Part shown: positions 37,671-40,367 of the stretch, one piece after another
Layout of the letters: each line of letters starts with the position of its first letter
How positions within the stretch are numbered: the stretch's first letter is position 1
Assembly (NCBI RefSeq): GCF_004010195.1
Contig: NC_057719.1
Location: 88,748,788 to 88,789,154 of the forward strand
DNA length: 40,367 nt
DNA from: Chiloscyllium plagiosum
Taxonomy: Eukaryota
Direction: 5' to 3'
Program-made: the position numbers and the translations under genes
The notes under the pieces: generated by a model
What the model was told of the DNA's origin: nothing
Databases searched by the model: none
Seen by the model: only the letters and a program-made list of their open reading frames with translations

Positions 37671-37984
37671 CTGATTATAACTTTTGATGCGGCTCGTAGT
37701 TAAATGCATTCCAAAAATCTAACTACTGCACATATATCTCATTTACTTTATCCATATTTTTGGTTCCTTCCTCAAAGGACTTCAATAAGTTAACTAAACA
37801 TGTTTTTCCTTTTACAATTTACTTGCTATTCTGCTATTCAGAATTCCAATCAAATTCTGTTGTGAGGAACTGATTTTTGCGGCACATTAGAATTCCTAAT
37901 CTCCTAAAATTTACAACTTCAATGTCTGCCACTGCTAGATTGAAGTCCACTGTTTTAAAAAAATTAAATAATGGAACAATGCAT

Positions 37985-38317
37985 AGAATAGAATGATAGT
38001 ACCCTTACAATACAGATAGAGGTCTTTAGGCCCATCAAACTTGCAATGATCCTCCAAACAGCATCCCACCCTATCCCCATAACCCCACATTTACTTCAGT
38101 AACCCATCTTGCCTGCACAATAGGGAGCTATTTAGCATGGCCAATCCACTTAACCTGCACATCTTTGCACTGTGGGTTGAAACCAGAGTACTCAACAGAA
38201 ACCCATGCAGATACTGGGAGATCACACCAAATTCACACATCACCCAAGGCTGGAAATGAACTCAGGTCTCTGGCTCTGCGAGGCAGCAGTGCTAACCAGT
38301 GAGCCACTGTGCCACCC
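37985..38317 (-). mobile_element. Older HE1/V-SINE
   Basis: tRNA-like head at the right end (agtgctaaccagtgagccactgtgccaccc) and V-core. Confidence 0.8.
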
Positions 38318-38424
38318 AAACTCTTCATAACTGATCAACAAGAAATTTTCCATTATTTCTCTGTTAGCAATGATGAGAATTATTTCCTCCTCTCAAATAT
38401 GCTACATAAGGGAAAAAGCAAGTA

Positions 38425-38840
38425 TAGAGCTATAGAGATTTACAGCACGGAAGCAGACCCTTCGGTCCAAATCGTCCATGCCGACCAGATGTCCCAACCC
38501 AATCTAGTCCCATTTGCCACCACTTGGCCCATATCTCTCTAAACCCTTCCTATTCATATACCCATCCTGATGCCTTTTAAATGTTGCAATTGTACTAGCC
38601 TCCACCACTTCCTCTGGCAGCTCATTCCATACATGCACCACCCTATGAAAAAGCTGCCCCTTAGGTCCTTTTTATGTCTTTCCCCTCTCACCCTAAATCT
38701 ATGCCCTCTAGTTCTATACTCTCCCACCCCAGGGAAAATACTTTGTCTACTTATCCTATCCATGCCCCTCAAGATTTTATAAACATCTATGAGGTCACCC
38801 CTCAGCCTTCGACGCTCCAGGGAAAACAGCCCCAGCCCAC
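38425..38840 (-). mobile_element. CR1 3' end
   Basis: LGLFSLERRRLRGDLIDVYKIL. Confidence 0.92.
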
Positions 38841-38847
38841 CCACTGT

Positions 38848-39116
38848 GGGTGGCACAGTAGCTCAGTGATTAGCACTGCAGCCTCACAGTGCCAGGGACC
38901 CGGGTCCGACTCCAGCCTTGGGCGACTGTCTGTGTGGAGTTTGCACATTCTCCGTGTGTCTGCGTGGGTTTCCTCCGGTGCTCTGGTTTCCTCCCACAGT
39001 CCAAAAATGTGCAGGTCAGATGGATTGGCCCAACTAAATTGCCCATAGTGTAAGGTTCATTAGTCAGAAACAAATGGGTCTGGGTGGGTTGCCCTTCGGA
39101 GGGTCGGTGTGGACTT
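38848..39116 (+). mobile_element. HE1/V-SINE
   Basis: A box ~38859-38869, B box ~38903-38913, V-core. Confidence 0.9.
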
Positions 39117-39118
39117 TT

Positions 39119-39398
39119 TTAGATTAGGTTAGATTAGATTCCCTACAGTGTGAAAACAGGCCCTTCAACCCAACAAGTCCACAACAACCCTCCGAAGAGC
39201 AACCTACGCCTTCCCATTCCCCTACATTTACCCCTGACTAATGCACATGACAGGCAATTTAGCATGGCCAATTCACCTAACCTGCACATCTTTGGACTGT
39301 AGGAGGAAACCCTCGCAAACACAGGGAGAATGTGCAAACTCCACACAGACAGTTGCCCAAGGTGGGAATTGAACCCTGGTCCCTGGCACTGTGAGGCA
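39119..39398 (-). mobile_element. HE1/V-SINE (inverted partner of 38848-39116)
   Basis: (TTAGA)n tail, V-core and B box. Confidence 0.9.
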
Positions 39399-40185
39399 AC
39401 AGGAAGACAGATGAACTCAGGGCATGGTTAGGAACATGGGACTGGGATATCATAGCAATTACGGAAACATGGCTCAGGGATGGGCAGGATTGGCAGCTTA
39501 ATGTTCCAGGATACAAATGCTACAGGAATGATAGAAAAGGAGGCAAAAGAGGAGGGGGAATGGCATTTTTGATAGGGGATGGCATTACAGCTGTGCTGAG
39601 GGAGGATATTCCCGGATATACATTCGGGAAGTTATTTGGGTGGAACTGAGAAATAAGAAAGGGGTGATCACCTTATTGGGATTGTATTATAGACCCCCCC
39701 AATAGTCAGAGGGAAATTGAGAAACAAACTTGTAAAGAGATCTCAGCTTTCNNNNNNNNNNNNNNNNNNNNNNNNNNNNNNNNNNNNNNNNNNNNAAGTG
39801 TGTACAAGACAATTTTCTGATTCAGTATGTGGATGTATCTACTAGAGAAGGTGCAAAACGTGACCTACTCTTGGAAAATAAGGCAGGGCAGGTGACTGAG
39901 GTGTCAGTGGGGGGGCACCTTGGGGCCAGCGACCAAAATAGTGATGGAAAAGAATAGACCAGATCTAAAAGTTGAAGTTCTAAATTGGAGAAAGGCCAAT
40001 TTTGACGGTATTAGGCAAGAACTTTCGAAAGCTGATTGGATGCAGATGTTCGCATGTAAAGGGACGGCTGGAAAATGGGAAGCTTTCAGAAATGAGATAA
40101 CAAGAATCCAGAAAAGTATATTCCTGTCACGGTAAAAGGGAAGGCTGGTAGGTATAGGGAATGCTGGATGACTAAAGAAATTGAG
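39399..40185 (+). mobile_element. CR1 ORF2 endonuclease region (spans N gap)
   Basis: DIIAITETW, GYKCYRNDR..RGGG, IWVEL, LYYRPPNS, LNWRKANF. Confidence 0.92.
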
Positions 40186-40367
40186 GTGGAAATGTGTTGC
40201 TGGAAAAGCGCAGCAGGTCAGGCAGCATCCAGGGAACAGGAGAATCGACGTTTCGGGCATAAGCCCTTCTTCAGGAATGGGGAAAGTTTGTCCAGCAGGC
40301 TAAGATAAAAGGTAGGGAGGAGGGACTTGGGGGAGGGGCGTCAGAAATGTGATAGGTGGAAAGAGGT
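40186..40367 (-). mobile_element. Neptune-type PLE pLTR (runs off window)
   Basis: Near-identical reverse complement of ~100-281. Confidence 0.9.
40241..40280 (-). ncRNA. Minimal type I hammerhead ribozyme motif
   Basis: Minus strand CUGAAGA-A-GGGC UUAU GCCC-GAAAC-GUC: full catalytic core, perfect stem II, palindromic ACGU stem III; stem I is weak. Confidence 0.65.

Noticed and set aside
100..40367. Inverted near-identical sequence at both window ends as giant TIRs
   Set aside because: Two copies of a dispersed PLE subfamily; other copies lie between them.

Overview
Eukaryotic, repeat-dense vertebrate DNA, most likely a shark (elasmobranch), judged from HE1/V-SINEs, a Deu-domain SINE, CR1 LINEs and Neptune-type Penelope-like elements (PLEs). 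It is not prokaryotic and has no CRISPR array. The only host coding sequence I can support is two minus-strand exons of a CCDC9-family gene (16489-16572 and 3238-3417), which splice in frame across a ~13 kb intron; the ORF track catches only part of the first (inside ORF 16303-16536) and misses the second. The rest appears intronic and holds decayed PLEs, CR1, RTE and other APE LINEs, SINEs, two Tigger-like elements, two LTR-like insertions, gypsy and Ty1/copia pol fossils, and a 34-bp minisatellite. Most notable: minimal hammerhead-ribozyme motifs in PLE termini (one with an intact core on the gene's sense strand), an ~860-bp ~99%-identical inverted duplication with strand-skewed mismatches, and a GalEa-like copia fossil. 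Two N gaps (10225-10282, 39752-39795) limit interpretation.
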